A program made the translations under genes and the position numbers. From contig JAUVJI010000004.1 in NCBI GenBank assembly GCA_030596605.1, positions 464 through 64,463 on the forward strand: a stretch of DNA of 64,000 nt, read 5' to 3'. This document shows, one piece after another, positions 49,003 to 58,216 of the stretch; the stretch's first letter is position 1, and each line of letters opens with the position of its first letter. Origin of the DNA: Bacteroidales bacterium (GTDB taxonomy: Bacteria; Bacteroidota; Bacteroidia; Bacteroidales; JAADJA01). The notes under the pieces are model-generated. The model saw only the letters and a list, made by a program, of their open reading frames with translations, searched no databases and was not told where the DNA came from.

Positions 49003-49776
49003 CTATTTTTTCAATAATCGTAATGCTTCCTTAATTGAAATCCTTTCATCATTTCTGAAAGCTATAATAAATGCATCCTTGAATCCTTTTTCTTTGATAT
49101 CCTGACATAACTTATTAGCATCCACAATTGATATTTCAGAGCCAACCATATATTTATTAAATCCATTCTCGAAATATGAATGCACTCCTTTTATTCCTTT
49201 AAAATCTTTTGAATTTAATGGGATTTTATCTTTAGATATCAGGAGTTGGATTTTAAATACAATATTTTCAGCTTCCAGAAGATCAGTAGCCTCCTTATCC
49301 CCTTTATCCATAATAGATTCAGATGGATCTTGTTGTATTTTATCAGGTGCAATATTGACCGGTTCTGATAAAACAATTGTTTCTTTTACAGGTATTGTAT
49401 CATTGTTTTCGAAATATCCGTTAGAAGCAATTAAATTTATTTTTAAGACACATCGGCCTTGATCATCTTCAATTTTAATTATTTCCCCATAAGATTTATC
49501 AGGAATATTTATATCCTTATCAATTTTAATTTCCAGGATATTAATACCCGGGATATCGGGAAAAGATCTAATCCTTTTGACTTTACCAATTTCAACATTT
49601 TCAGCAGTTACAGCATCTTTTTCACTTAGTCCATATACATTATCAACTATTGCATAGTAGTTAACCGTTACACAATATAATTTCAGGTAAATGAAAATTA
49701 CCATTGCAATAATAACAAGCAAAGAAGCTATCAGAATAATCTTTCTATTTTTCTGAAGGAAATTCAAGACTATCAA
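49003..49776 (-). CDS. Membrane-anchored MCE-like protein with a SPOR-like C-terminal domain
   Basis: TM anchor, a short MCE-like segment (VTAENVEIGKVKRI), and a C-terminal domain of about 75 aa that is homologous to the C-terminus of the upstream amidase. TTG start overlaps the amidase stop by 4 nt. Confidence 0.45.
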   Translation of the reverse strand: MIVLNFLQKNRKIILIASLLVIIAMVIFIYLKLYCVTVNYYAIVDNVYGLSEKDAVTAENVEIGKVKRIRSFPDIPGINILEIKIDKDINIPDKSYGEIIKIEDDQGRCVLKINLIASNGYFENNDTIPVKETIVLSEPVNIAPDKIQQDPSESIMDKGDKEATDLLEAENIVFKIQLLISKDKIPLNSKDFKGIKGVHSYFENGFNKYMVGSEISIVDANKLCQDIKEKGFKDAFIIAFRNDERISIKEALRLLKK

Positions 49777-50909
49777 TTTTGATTTTCAGATAATTGTTTT
49801 GCTTCATCGAGCGATACTCTTTCATCATTGATAAATGCTACAATAAATATATCATTATATCCTTTCTTGATCAGCTCATTTTTAAGGGACTGAACATTTT
49901 CAAGTGAATCCTCATTACCTGTTGTATATTTGAAGCAGCCATCATGCTTATAAACCCTAACGTCCTTTAAGCCCCGAAATTTTCTGAATTCCAGCGATTT
50001 TTCCTTTTTGTAAGAAGCAAACTGAATCCTGTAAAAAACCTGTGGTTTTGGTTCTTCCAATTTTACAACAACCGGTTTAAGATCTTTATTTGCATCTTCA
50101 TAATCGCTCTTATAATTTTTAAAAGCCCTGTAAATAGCTGATGCCAGGTAAACTTTACCATCTTCTGAAAGCAAGAATTTTTCTTCAACCGGATTGCTTA
50201 GAAACCCTAGTTCAATAAGAATTCCTGGCATGATAGTTTTGTACAGCACCCAAAAACCAGCTTGCTTTACACCCCTATCCTTTCTTCCAACCCTATCCTT
50301 AAATTGATGCTGGACTTTTGAGGAAAGGTCGATACTTTGATCAATGGTGGAGCTTTGAAACATTGATAAAACAATATAATCTTCATCTGAATCCGGATTA
50401 AAACCTTCATATTGGGTTGTATAATCTTCTTCATAATAAATGGCTGCATTTTCAGTTTTAGCCACATCCAGGTTTTCTAAAGTTTTATGAAGTCCCATCA
50501 CATATGTTTCAGCACCATATGGTTTTGACGACTTGTTGGAATTACAATGTATTGAAATAAATACATCCGCACCCGCTTCATTGGCTATCTGGGCCCTTTT
50601 ATGAAGTCCTATAAATTCATCGGTCTTTCTGGTATATATAACTTCAATATCTCTAAAATTCTCCTCAATGTACTTTCCTGTTTTTAAGGCAACATCCAAA
50701 ACAATATTTTTCTCCATCGAGTTTTTTCCTAAAGCTCCCGGATCTTTTCCTCCATGCCCTGCATCAATAACAACTTTGGTGATTTTATTTTCAACCTGTG
50801 AAATACCTTCAATCCAGGAGGTAATCATCAATAGTAAAATACCAAAAATTAATAACAAGCGTTTCAAAGTCATGGAATATTTTTTGTTTAGTTTTGAACC
50901 ATATTTCAA
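49773..50909 (-). CDS. N-acetylmuramoyl-L-alanine amidase (Amidase_3) with a SPOR-like C-terminal domain
   Basis: VVIDAGHGGKDPGA...SIHCNS...GFWVL catalytic motifs. The C-terminus reads FYRIQFASYKK...FIVAFINDERVSLDEA. Confidence 0.85.
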   Translation of the reverse strand: MKYGSKLNKKYSMTLKRLLLIFGILLLMITSWIEGISQVENKITKVVIDAGHGGKDPGALGKNSMEKNIVLDVALKTGKYIEENFRDIEVIYTRKTDEFIGLHKRAQIANEAGADVFISIHCNSNKSSKPYGAETYVMGLHKTLENLDVAKTENAAIYYEEDYTTQYEGFNPDSDEDYIVLSMFQSSTIDQSIDLSSKVQHQFKDRVGRKDRGVKQAGFWVLYKTIMPGILIELGFLSNPVEEKFLLSEDGKVYLASAIYRAFKNYKSDYEDANKDLKPVVVKLEEPKPQVFYRIQFASYKKEKSLEFRKFRGLKDVRVYKHDGCFKYTTGNEDSLENVQSLKNELIKKGYNDIFIVAFINDERVSLDEAKQLSENQN

Positions 50910-50958
50910 CGATTGTTTTTAAACAGTTCTTGCAAATTTAATATATAATAGAGTAAAC

Positions 50959-53613
50959 TTGGTAAACAAATTGTCAACCAAATTATTAACAGGTAAAATT
51001 GTAAAGACTTCAATTTTACTTATTTTAATATGTAGCTGTAATTTCATTGCACAAGCACAGGGTGACACACTTCGCCAAAACGTTCCTGATTCACTTAATA
51101 TTGTTGCTGATACAGCAATAAATAAAACCGTTTCAATTGACACGGTCGGATTTGGCATTTCCCCAAATGCAGTAAAATCAAGAGTTGATTACAAATCATC
51201 GGATTCCATCCGGTTTAACGTAAAGGTTCAAAAGGTGTATATGTATAATGAAAACGAAATTAATTATGAGGATATCAATCTCAAAGCTAATTATGTTGAA
51301 ATTGAGTTTTCGAGCAATACTCTGTATGCTACAGGCACACAAGACACAACTGGAAATGATATAGGCAGGCCTGTATTTACCATGGGTCAAAACAGTTTCG
51401 AGTCGGAATCGATGAAATATAATTACCAAACCAAAAAGGGGCTTGTACAAAAAGTTATCACCGAAGATGCGGAAGGTTATTTACACGGGAACACTGTAAA
51501 AAAGATGGATAATGATGTTACCAATGTTTACCAGGGATCCTATACAACATGTGATCTCGAACATCCACACTTTGCCTTTAAATTTAAAAAAGCCAAGGTT
51601 ATTCCCAATAATAAAATTGTTACAGGGCCTGCTTACCTCACAATTGAAGATGTACCAACGCCCCTGATGATCCCATTCGGATTGTTTCCAAATAAAAAAG
51701 GACAACGATCGGGTATTGTCATCCCCACTTACGGAGAGTCCACACAGCGCGGATTTTATTTCGAAAATGGCGGTTATTATTTTGCCATTAGCGATCATCT
51801 CGATTTTAAACTGGTGGGAGATATTTATACCCTGGGCAGTTGGGCCATTAAACCCAGCGCTAACTACAGGAAGCGATATAAATACAATGGTTATCTGAAT
51901 GCCAATTATGCGATCAACATTTTAGGGGAAGAGGGATCGCCTGATTACGAAAGAAATAAAGATTATTCAATCAGGTGGATTCATAACCAGGATCCTAAAG
52001 CCAGGCCCAATAGCAGGTTTTCAGCTAATGTTAACTTTGTTAGCTCGCAATACAACAAATTTAATCCGGTTAACTCAAATGCATATTTAAGCAACACTTT
52101 TCAGTCAAGCATTAACTACTCAACCAGTTTCTCAGGCAAATATTTTTTAAATGCAAGTATCAATCACTCTCAAAATACAATTACCAATAAAGTAGATTTA
52201 ACACTTCCTCAAATAACCTTCAGTGTTAACCGGTTTTATCCCTTCAGAAAAAAAACCAAAATTGGTAAACTTAAATGGTATGACAATATCAGTGTAAATT
52301 ACAATATGTCGGCACAGAATAGAATCAGCACCTACGATTCTTTATTCTTTGATGAAGATATATTCAGCAAAATGAGAAATGGCTTAAAACATTCTGTTCA
52401 GCTGTCAAGCGGTTCAATTAAATTGTTAAAACATATCGTATGGTCCAACAATTTCAATTACACTGAACGATGGTATTCTCAAAAACATGTTAAAAGCTGG
52501 CGCAGCGACACACTATATTTAAATGAAGGACCTGTTTACGATTATATTGGAACGGATACTATTTATGGTTTTAACGCTGCCCGTGATTTTTATTTTAACA
52601 CTTCCATGAGTACAACGATTTACGGCATGTATTCTTATAAAAACGGTCCTATTAAAGCAATCCGGCATGTGATGAGACCATCCCTTAGTTTTAATATCCG
52701 TCCGGATTTTGGTACACAGGAATGGGGATATTATAAATACCATATGAATAGTAATGGCGAAAAAGTTAAATATTCTGTTTATGATGGATTTATTTACGGC
52801 AAGCCCCCTGATGGTCAATCAGGCGCTATCGGCCTCAATATAAACAACAGCCTCGAAATGAAGATTCGAAACAGGAAAGATACGATAACCGGAACAAAAA
52901 AAGTGAAACTCATTGAGAATCTTTCATTGTCTACTTCCTACGACTTTGCAAAAGATTCGCTAAATTTAAGCAGGTTAACAATTTCAGGGTATACAACACT
53001 ATTTAAAAACTTTCGGATCAATTACTCAAGTTCATTCGATCCATATGCAGCAGATTCAGCAGGTAACAGGATCAATAAATTTGAATGGGAAGTAAATCGC
53101 CGTTTGTTCAGACCTGAAAAACATAACTGGAGGCTCGGATTATCATACCGGCTTAATTCTGAAATGTTGACAAAGAAAAAGGAGTCAACTGCCGGGACTG
53201 AAATGGAATTGCAGGATGTCAATGAAAACCTTGATGGATATGTCGACTGGTCTGTACCCTGGAATTTGACTATTTCATATGACCTGAATTATACAACCAC
53301 TTACACTTATAAAAATGGCTACTGGAACTACGACGTAACCAAAGACAGGCAATTGGTTCAAAATTTAAGTTTTTATGGAGATGTAAATATAACACCCAAA
53401 TGGAAACTCGGCTTCCGGTCGGGATATGATTTTGAAAACAAAGATTTTACTTATACTTCGATAGATATTTACCGCGACCTGCACTGCTGGGAAATGAGGT
53501 TTAACTGGATACCCTATGGGTTCAGGCAGAGCTGGAATTTCTCCATCAATATTAAATCAAGCCTGTTGCAAGATTTGAAATTAGACAAGAAAAAGGATTT
53601 CAGAGATTATTAG
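50959..53613 (+). CDS. lptD: LptD-like LPS-assembly outer-membrane protein (OstA family)
   Basis: 884 aa with a signal peptide, an OstA-like N-terminal beta-jellyroll and a large beta-barrel, as annotated for 'putative LPS assembly protein LptD' in Bacteroidota. TTG start, so the exact start is uncertain. Confidence 0.65.
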   Translation: MVNKLSTKLLTGKIVKTSILLILICSCNFIAQAQGDTLRQNVPDSLNIVADTAINKTVSIDTVGFGISPNAVKSRVDYKSSDSIRFNVKVQKVYMYNENEINYEDINLKANYVEIEFSSNTLYATGTQDTTGNDIGRPVFTMGQNSFESESMKYNYQTKKGLVQKVITEDAEGYLHGNTVKKMDNDVTNVYQGSYTTCDLEHPHFAFKFKKAKVIPNNKIVTGPAYLTIEDVPTPLMIPFGLFPNKKGQRSGIVIPTYGESTQRGFYFENGGYYFAISDHLDFKLVGDIYTLGSWAIKPSANYRKRYKYNGYLNANYAINILGEEGSPDYERNKDYSIRWIHNQDPKARPNSRFSANVNFVSSQYNKFNPVNSNAYLSNTFQSSINYSTSFSGKYFLNASINHSQNTITNKVDLTLPQITFSVNRFYPFRKKTKIGKLKWYDNISVNYNMSAQNRISTYDSLFFDEDIFSKMRNGLKHSVQLSSGSIKLLKHIVWSNNFNYTERWYSQKHVKSWRSDTLYLNEGPVYDYIGTDTIYGFNAARDFYFNTSMSTTIYGMYSYKNGPIKAIRHVMRPSLSFNIRPDFGTQEWGYYKYHMNSNGEKVKYSVYDGFIYGKPPDGQSGAIGLNINNSLEMKIRNRKDTITGTKKVKLIENLSLSTSYDFAKDSLNLSRLTISGYTTLFKNFRINYSSSFDPYAADSAGNRINKFEWEVNRRLFRPEKHNWRLGLSYRLNSEMLTKKKESTAGTEMELQDVNENLDGYVDWSVPWNLTISYDLNYTTTYTYKNGYWNYDVTKDRQLVQNLSFYGDVNITPKWKLGFRSGYDFENKDFTYTSIDIYRDLHCWEMRFNWIPYGFRQSWNFSINIKSSLLQDLKLDKKKDFRDY

Positions 53614-53681
53614 GATTTAGTATTTTTGATATTTGAAATTAGATATTAGAGTTTAGAGTTTAGAAATAATAAAAAATAAAT

Positions 53682-54062
53682 ATGAAAAAAGTAGTTAATA
53701 CTGACAACGCACCAAAAGCAATTGGACCTTATAGTCAGGCCATCGAAGCCAATGGGATGCTTTTCATTTCAGGACAAGTTCCAATTGATCCTGCAACAGG
53801 ACAAATTGTTGAAGGAGGAATAAAAGAACAAACTGAACAGGTGATGAAAAATATTGAAGCCATTTTGGAATCAGCCGGATATACCTTTAAAGATGTTATA
53901 AAATCAACATGTTTATTGAGCGACATGGATAATTTCGCAGCCATGAACGAGGTATATGCAAAATATTATCCCAATAATCCTCCTGCAAGAGCTGCCTATG
54001 GAGTGGTTAAACTACCTTTGGGTGTTATGGTAGAAATTGAAACCATTGCAGTTAAATCATAA
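53682..54062 (+). CDS. ridA: RidA-family reactive-intermediate deaminase (YjgF/L-PSP)
   Basis: [11 protein letters not shown]...FISGQ.P.DP.TG......I..QT.QV..N...IL...G.....V.K....L.DM..F...N.VY..Y......PAR. 126 aa. Confidence 0.9.
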   Translation: MKKVVNTDNAPKAIGPYSQAIEANGMLFISGQVPIDPATGQIVEGGIKEQTEQVMKNIEAILESAGYTFKDVIKSTCLLSDMDNFAAMNEVYAKYYPNNPPARAAYGVVKLPLGVMVEIETIAVKS

Positions 54063-54100
54063 ATTGACCAAAATGTGATCTGCAATTTAATATTACTATC

Positions 54101-55192
54101 ATGAAAAATCTAATTATACTTTTTATCGGTTTGTTGTTTTACACATCGTCATCAGGCCAATACCTCGCTGCATTTAACGATAACGTGAACAATTTTTGGG
54201 TTTTCGAAGCCGGCATGTTCAATAAACTGGAGCACCTGGAAATTCAGGAATACCAGGTTGGCGGCATATTGGTTGCTTATATTGATAATGGAAGCAATTT
54301 AAAAATTTACAGGAATGGAGAAGTAGAATCGTTGATGCAAGGCGCCCCAATTAAATTTACCGCAACTGATTACCTTTTGGGATATTCTTTATACGAACAA
54401 CTGAATGTTTACGATAATGGTAAAGTAAAAGTGTTAAGTACTCAATGCTCCGGTTATATAGTGAGCGACAGCCTTATCGGATGGCATAACAGGGTGAACC
54501 AAACTCTGGATGTGTATTATAATGGAATAAGCAGGACCATCATTGATGGATTGATATATAATCCCCTTGAAGAATTTAAGGCGGGTGATAATACCATAGC
54601 CTTTATTCATAGTTCAACCAAAGAGTTTTATGTTTTTTACCTCGGCAGACTGGAAGTACTTGATGATTTTGTTGAAGATATGGTATTTGAGGCTGGGCGT
54701 GATATTGTAGCCTTCATGGATATTCCTGACCAGGCATTTAAGGTTTTTTTCAGGGGCGAAATTTATGAACTTGAAACTTTTCCTCCAAAATCTTTCAAGG
54801 TGGGCGATGAAATACTGGCTTACGTGGATAATCTGGGCAGGTTAAAATATTTCGAAAATGGCGAAGTGAAAACGGTAAGCACCTATGAGCCTCAGTTTTA
54901 TGATGTGGAAGACAAAGTACTGGTATTTGAGGAGCAGGGATTTTTCAAGACTTTTTGCAAAAATCAGGTTTATATTGTTGAGCGATATATGCCCCAGCCA
55001 TACAGGATTGATTTTAACACCATCGCCTATCTTGATCAAAGCAGTTTTGTTAAAGCATTTCAAAATTGCGAACCGGTAACCATCAGCTACGAAAGGGTTA
55101 AACAATTGGATTTGATCAGGGACCTTATCATATATGTTGAAGGCATTAATAAAACCAAGATCTATTTTAACGGGCAGATTTATCAGCATTGA
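54101..55192 (+). CDS. Secreted repeat protein of unknown function (about 7 repeats of about 45 aa, beta-propeller-like)
   Basis: Signal peptide present. A module recurs with variants ILVAYIDNGSNLKIYRNGEV / TIAFIHSSTKEFYVFYLGRLEV / IVAFMDIPDQAFKVFFRGEIYEL / ILAYVDNLGRLKYFENGEVKTV / IAYLDQSSFVKAFQNCEP. Confidence 0.5.
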   Translation: MKNLIILFIGLLFYTSSSGQYLAAFNDNVNNFWVFEAGMFNKLEHLEIQEYQVGGILVAYIDNGSNLKIYRNGEVESLMQGAPIKFTATDYLLGYSLYEQLNVYDNGKVKVLSTQCSGYIVSDSLIGWHNRVNQTLDVYYNGISRTIIDGLIYNPLEEFKAGDNTIAFIHSSTKEFYVFYLGRLEVLDDFVEDMVFEAGRDIVAFMDIPDQAFKVFFRGEIYELETFPPKSFKVGDEILAYVDNLGRLKYFENGEVKTVSTYEPQFYDVEDKVLVFEEQGFFKTFCKNQVYIVERYMPQPYRIDFNTIAYLDQSSFVKAFQNCEPVTISYERVKQLDLIRDLIIYVEGINKTKIYFNGQIYQH

Positions 55193-55226
55193 GTTCGAAG
55201 TTTGCAACTTCAAGATGCTGGGATTT

Positions 55227-55442
55227 TTATTTCCTAGGTTTTTCATTTTCTTTCCCAGAAGAATATGATACTCTAATTTTTTTACATTTACTTTTAATTC
55301 TCACAATCTTTTCATTCTTGTTTAATATAGATTCAAGGTTTGATACGTAAGATTCCAAAAATTCGACTTTTTTGTATCCTAAATTCAACTTCTGACCATG
55401 TGGCACACTAACGTTTTGTGTATGAAGTGTTGGGCATTTCAA
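55227..55442 (-). CDS. Doubtful small ORF (71 aa, Lys-rich) at the left edge of the AT-rich insert
   Basis: Known only as an ORF with a non-ATG start. I recognise no motif. It may be a gene remnant or non-coding. Confidence 0.15.
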   Translation of the reverse strand: MKCPTLHTQNVSVPHGQKLNLGYKKVEFLESYVSNLESILNKNEKIVRIKSKCKKIRVSYSSGKENEKPRK

Positions 55443-55544
55443 AGCACTCCATTTTCAGTTTACCGTAAATTTTATTTATAGTTCTAAATTTCATTTTAAC
55501 CACTTATTGCCCAATGATTTATACACTTTGTAGGCATATGTGCT

Positions 55545-57899
55545 TTAATCATTCAACTTGGGTTTCGTGTTTTCTTTTAAAAAGTCATTCTCAAAGGAAT
55601 TACATAGATTGCTTTTTATCTTGTCGCGATTTCTACGATTAATTAGGGCTAAACCCCATTTATACCCATTTTTCACTTTGCTTTTATCAAAAATGTATGA
55701 TCTACCAAGCACCTCTATTAGGAGAACAATAATAAGTAAACCCCAAACATACCATTGATTAATTCCAATGGATTCTATGTATTCAATAATATTCTTGTTT
55801 GCTTTTAGAAATACGCCAATACCAACTGGTAAAATTGTAATTAACGAAACATAATGAAAGTAGCCAAAAGATTTCCAGAGTTCCTTTCTTTGTATTTTCC
55901 ATTTATCGTAAATGAAATCTTTTCTGTTAGCATTCCAATCATCCATGCTTTTTTCAAATGTAATCTTTTTACGTATTTTAGTGTTTTCATCAAGGCTGTC
56001 TTGATGTGATTTTTCCAATATGTCCAAACGACTTTCAAGTTTATCTATTTTTTCATCTTTATTCCGAATAGATTCTTTAAGTTTACTTTCTTTTGTTTCA
56101 AAATTCGTATTTAGCCGTTCTTTTTCATTGAGTAATTTTTGTTTTTCGGCTTCAGAATCACTAACAATATTTATTACTTTCTGTTTTTGAGTTTGAACTT
56201 CGGCTTCACTTAATTTTTTTTCTTCCTTAATTCTTTCGATTTCAATAGCTACCTCAGTTTTAATAAAATCTTCGGTAGTACTTTCTTTTTCATGCTTAGT
56301 AAATTCTTCAAAGAATAATTCACGTTTTATACAATTCATAATTATTTCTTCATCATCAATTCCTAAGTTTTTAAAAAATGACATTGATTTTTGAACCACT
56401 AATGATTCTTCGTAGTTTTCTTTTTCTAGGTTGGGTGCAGTAATAGATGAAATAAATGCCTTCCTATAATCATCTGTTTCAATTGGAATAAAAGGTCTTA
56501 TTCTTTTTATAAATATTGATGGTAGAATAAAATTTGGATTAATAACTCTTCCAGTATCTTTATTGTAGTTTTGTCTTTGAATATAATGATCAAAGTGAAT
56601 TAAACTTCTATCTAGGGTTAGACATACAAATTTCATTTCATCCTCATTGCCAAGTTTCACTCTTAACTTTTTAATTGCTTCTCTTAGAAATACATCATGT
56701 TCTATCTTCTTATCGTCTTTGTACAATGAATGATCATATCCTTTTTCGTCACATATTTTATTATAATACTTTTGAAAATCGTAATAATCTTTGATTCTTT
56801 CGTTTAGATATTCCTTGTTTTCCTTAAGTTCTTTAAATCCATTATTGTAAATTATTATTGATTTCGTTTTCAGAACATCACTGGCGTATCTAATTTTTTG
56901 GCTAGGATGTGGTGTTTCGCTATTTATTAACTTCCCTTCGTAATATTTCTTTGCAAAAGGATCTAGTTTATCTGAGTTAATCAGGGCACGAATATGAGAA
57001 ATTTTAAAATTTTCTCTTGGTATTACTTTCTCCAAGTAGTTTCTTGCTTTTTGAAGTTCTTTGTATGTTTTTGGAATGTAAACAAGTCTTAAATCAATCT
57101 TTTTTTCGTTAGCAATCCTCAAAATTTCATTAATTGCGCAATCATCAGGATGTTTTCTAAACTCTAAAATAGAATATAGGATATTTGTGTCAACTAACAC
57201 GATAAGATCCTTAATTTGAAGTCTTTTTATTTTGTCATAATCTTCTTGCGTAATTCCTAATGAATAAAATTTTTCAGCTCTATTAGCCAGTTTTGTAAGA
57301 TATCTTAATTCAGCTTCATTAAGTTTTATCGGATATTCAACAGTTAATAATTTAAATATAGATATTAGCTTTTCGCTTTTTAGTTTCTCGAAGGCTGATG
57401 AAGTTATATCATTATCGCCGTTTAGTTCATCCACTTTAAAGGGGAGAAATATATTAATAGCTTTTTTACCAAATACAAGAAAACATTCTAGCAAATATTC
57501 ATTAAATACATTCCATAATTCTTCTACTTCCTCGTCATTTAATTCAAAATCATCAATATTTGCAAGTATTTCTTTAAAAGAGTTAAATCTTTTTGTTCCT
57601 ATACCATCACTCGACAACTGAGATTTATGTATTTCTCCTTTGGCTATATCAAGAAGATTATATCTTCCATCCTTTTGTGTTAATTTATCCTCTTCTACAA
57701 GTTGATCTAAACAATTCTGTATTTCATACTCAATAGCCTCTAAATGAAATGTGTCTTTTATATACAGTAAGATCAAATCAATTGGCATTGCACCACCAAC
57801 ATTGTATATAACATTAACGATAAGGTCAGATAACATTTTTTCTCGATTATCTGATTTTGCTAAATATAAAGCCGATATTATTTGATCTATGTTTCTCAT
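55545..57899 (-). CDS. Multidomain protein: N-terminal wHTH-like domain, PIN-like nuclease domain, coiled coil, two C-terminal TM helices
   Basis: The PIN-like acidic quartet is in context: LIVLVD(237)TNILYSIL, IEHD(402)VFLREA, FVCLTLD(430)RSL. Residues 1-85 look like a winged helix (...CLDQLVEEDKLTQKDGRYNL). A heptad-rich E/K region spans about 550-650. Hydrophobic helices lie at about 678-699 and 715-733. Confidence 0.6.
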   Translation of the reverse strand: MRNIDQIISALYLAKSDNREKMLSDLIVNVIYNVGGAMPIDLILLYIKDTFHLEAIEYEIQNCLDQLVEEDKLTQKDGRYNLLDIAKGEIHKSQLSSDGIGTKRFNSFKEILANIDDFELNDEEVEELWNVFNEYLLECFLVFGKKAINIFLPFKVDELNGDNDITSSAFEKLKSEKLISIFKLLTVEYPIKLNEAELRYLTKLANRAEKFYSLGITQEDYDKIKRLQIKDLIVLVDTNILYSILEFRKHPDDCAINEILRIANEKKIDLRLVYIPKTYKELQKARNYLEKVIPRENFKISHIRALINSDKLDPFAKKYYEGKLINSETPHPSQKIRYASDVLKTKSIIIYNNGFKELKENKEYLNERIKDYYDFQKYYNKICDEKGYDHSLYKDDKKIEHDVFLREAIKKLRVKLGNEDEMKFVCLTLDRSLIHFDHYIQRQNYNKDTGRVINPNFILPSIFIKRIRPFIPIETDDYRKAFISSITAPNLEKENYEESLVVQKSMSFFKNLGIDDEEIIMNCIKRELFFEEFTKHEKESTTEDFIKTEVAIEIERIKEEKKLSEAEVQTQKQKVINIVSDSEAEKQKLLNEKERLNTNFETKESKLKESIRNKDEKIDKLESRLDILEKSHQDSLDENTKIRKKITFEKSMDDWNANRKDFIYDKWKIQRKELWKSFGYFHYVSLITILPVGIGVFLKANKNIIEYIESIGINQWYVWGLLIIVLLIEVLGRSYIFDKSKVKNGYKWGLALINRRNRDKIKSNLCNSFENDFLKENTKPKLND

Positions 57900-57945
57900 T
57901 TAGTTTTTAGTTTGTTACATATTTTTTTAGCATTCCAACTAACGT

Positions 57946-57979
57946 CAAAATTAGTTGCTGTTTATCAGTTGTTTACAAA
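57946..57979 (-). promoter_or_regulatory. Bacteroidota-type promoter for the PIN-TM gene (-33 TTTG, -7 TAATTTTG on the minus strand)
   Basis: The reverse complement of 57946-57953 is TAATTTTG (TAnnTTTG). The reverse complement of 57976-57979 is TTTG. Spacer is 22 nt, and the -7 box lies about 47 nt upstream of the ATG at 57899. Confidence 0.4.
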
Positions 57980-58073
57980 TGTTTTATTTTTTTTCTTTTT
58001 TCTATATTATCTTTGCTTTATTCCTTGTCGTTAGCTAAAATATTCAACGGAATTTTTCAGTAGGGGGATTATG

Positions 58074-58204
58074 CCTAACGTGTGGCGCTATGCTGCGTAC
58101 CGCTTTAATAACTCAAATTTTTCTGTTTATAAATACACTTTATTAATATGCATAAACTTCATATTTACAACTAATTGCGGTATGCAGTATGAGCGCGTGT
58201 TGGG
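58074..58204 (+). repeat. GC-rich imperfect inverted repeat (arms 58074-58103 and 58177-58204) around a 73-nt AT-rich spacer; candidate structured RNA or MITE-like element
   Basis: Hand pairing gives 25 pairs: 58089-58103 with 58177-58191, 58085-58088 with 58193-58196, and 58074-58079 with 58199-58204. Four of them are G-U pairs that are valid only in a plus-strand transcript. Confidence 0.5.
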
Positions 58205-58216
58205 TGTAGTTTGTTT

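Noticed and set aside
55227-55442. Whether the 71-aa ORF is a remnant of a restriction-specificity (HsdS-like) or toxin gene, or a fifth cassette gene.
   Set aside because: There is only a vague resemblance (KKVEFLESYVSNLESIL compared with HsdS conserved helices), a non-ATG start and no motif. I kept it only as a very low-confidence feature.
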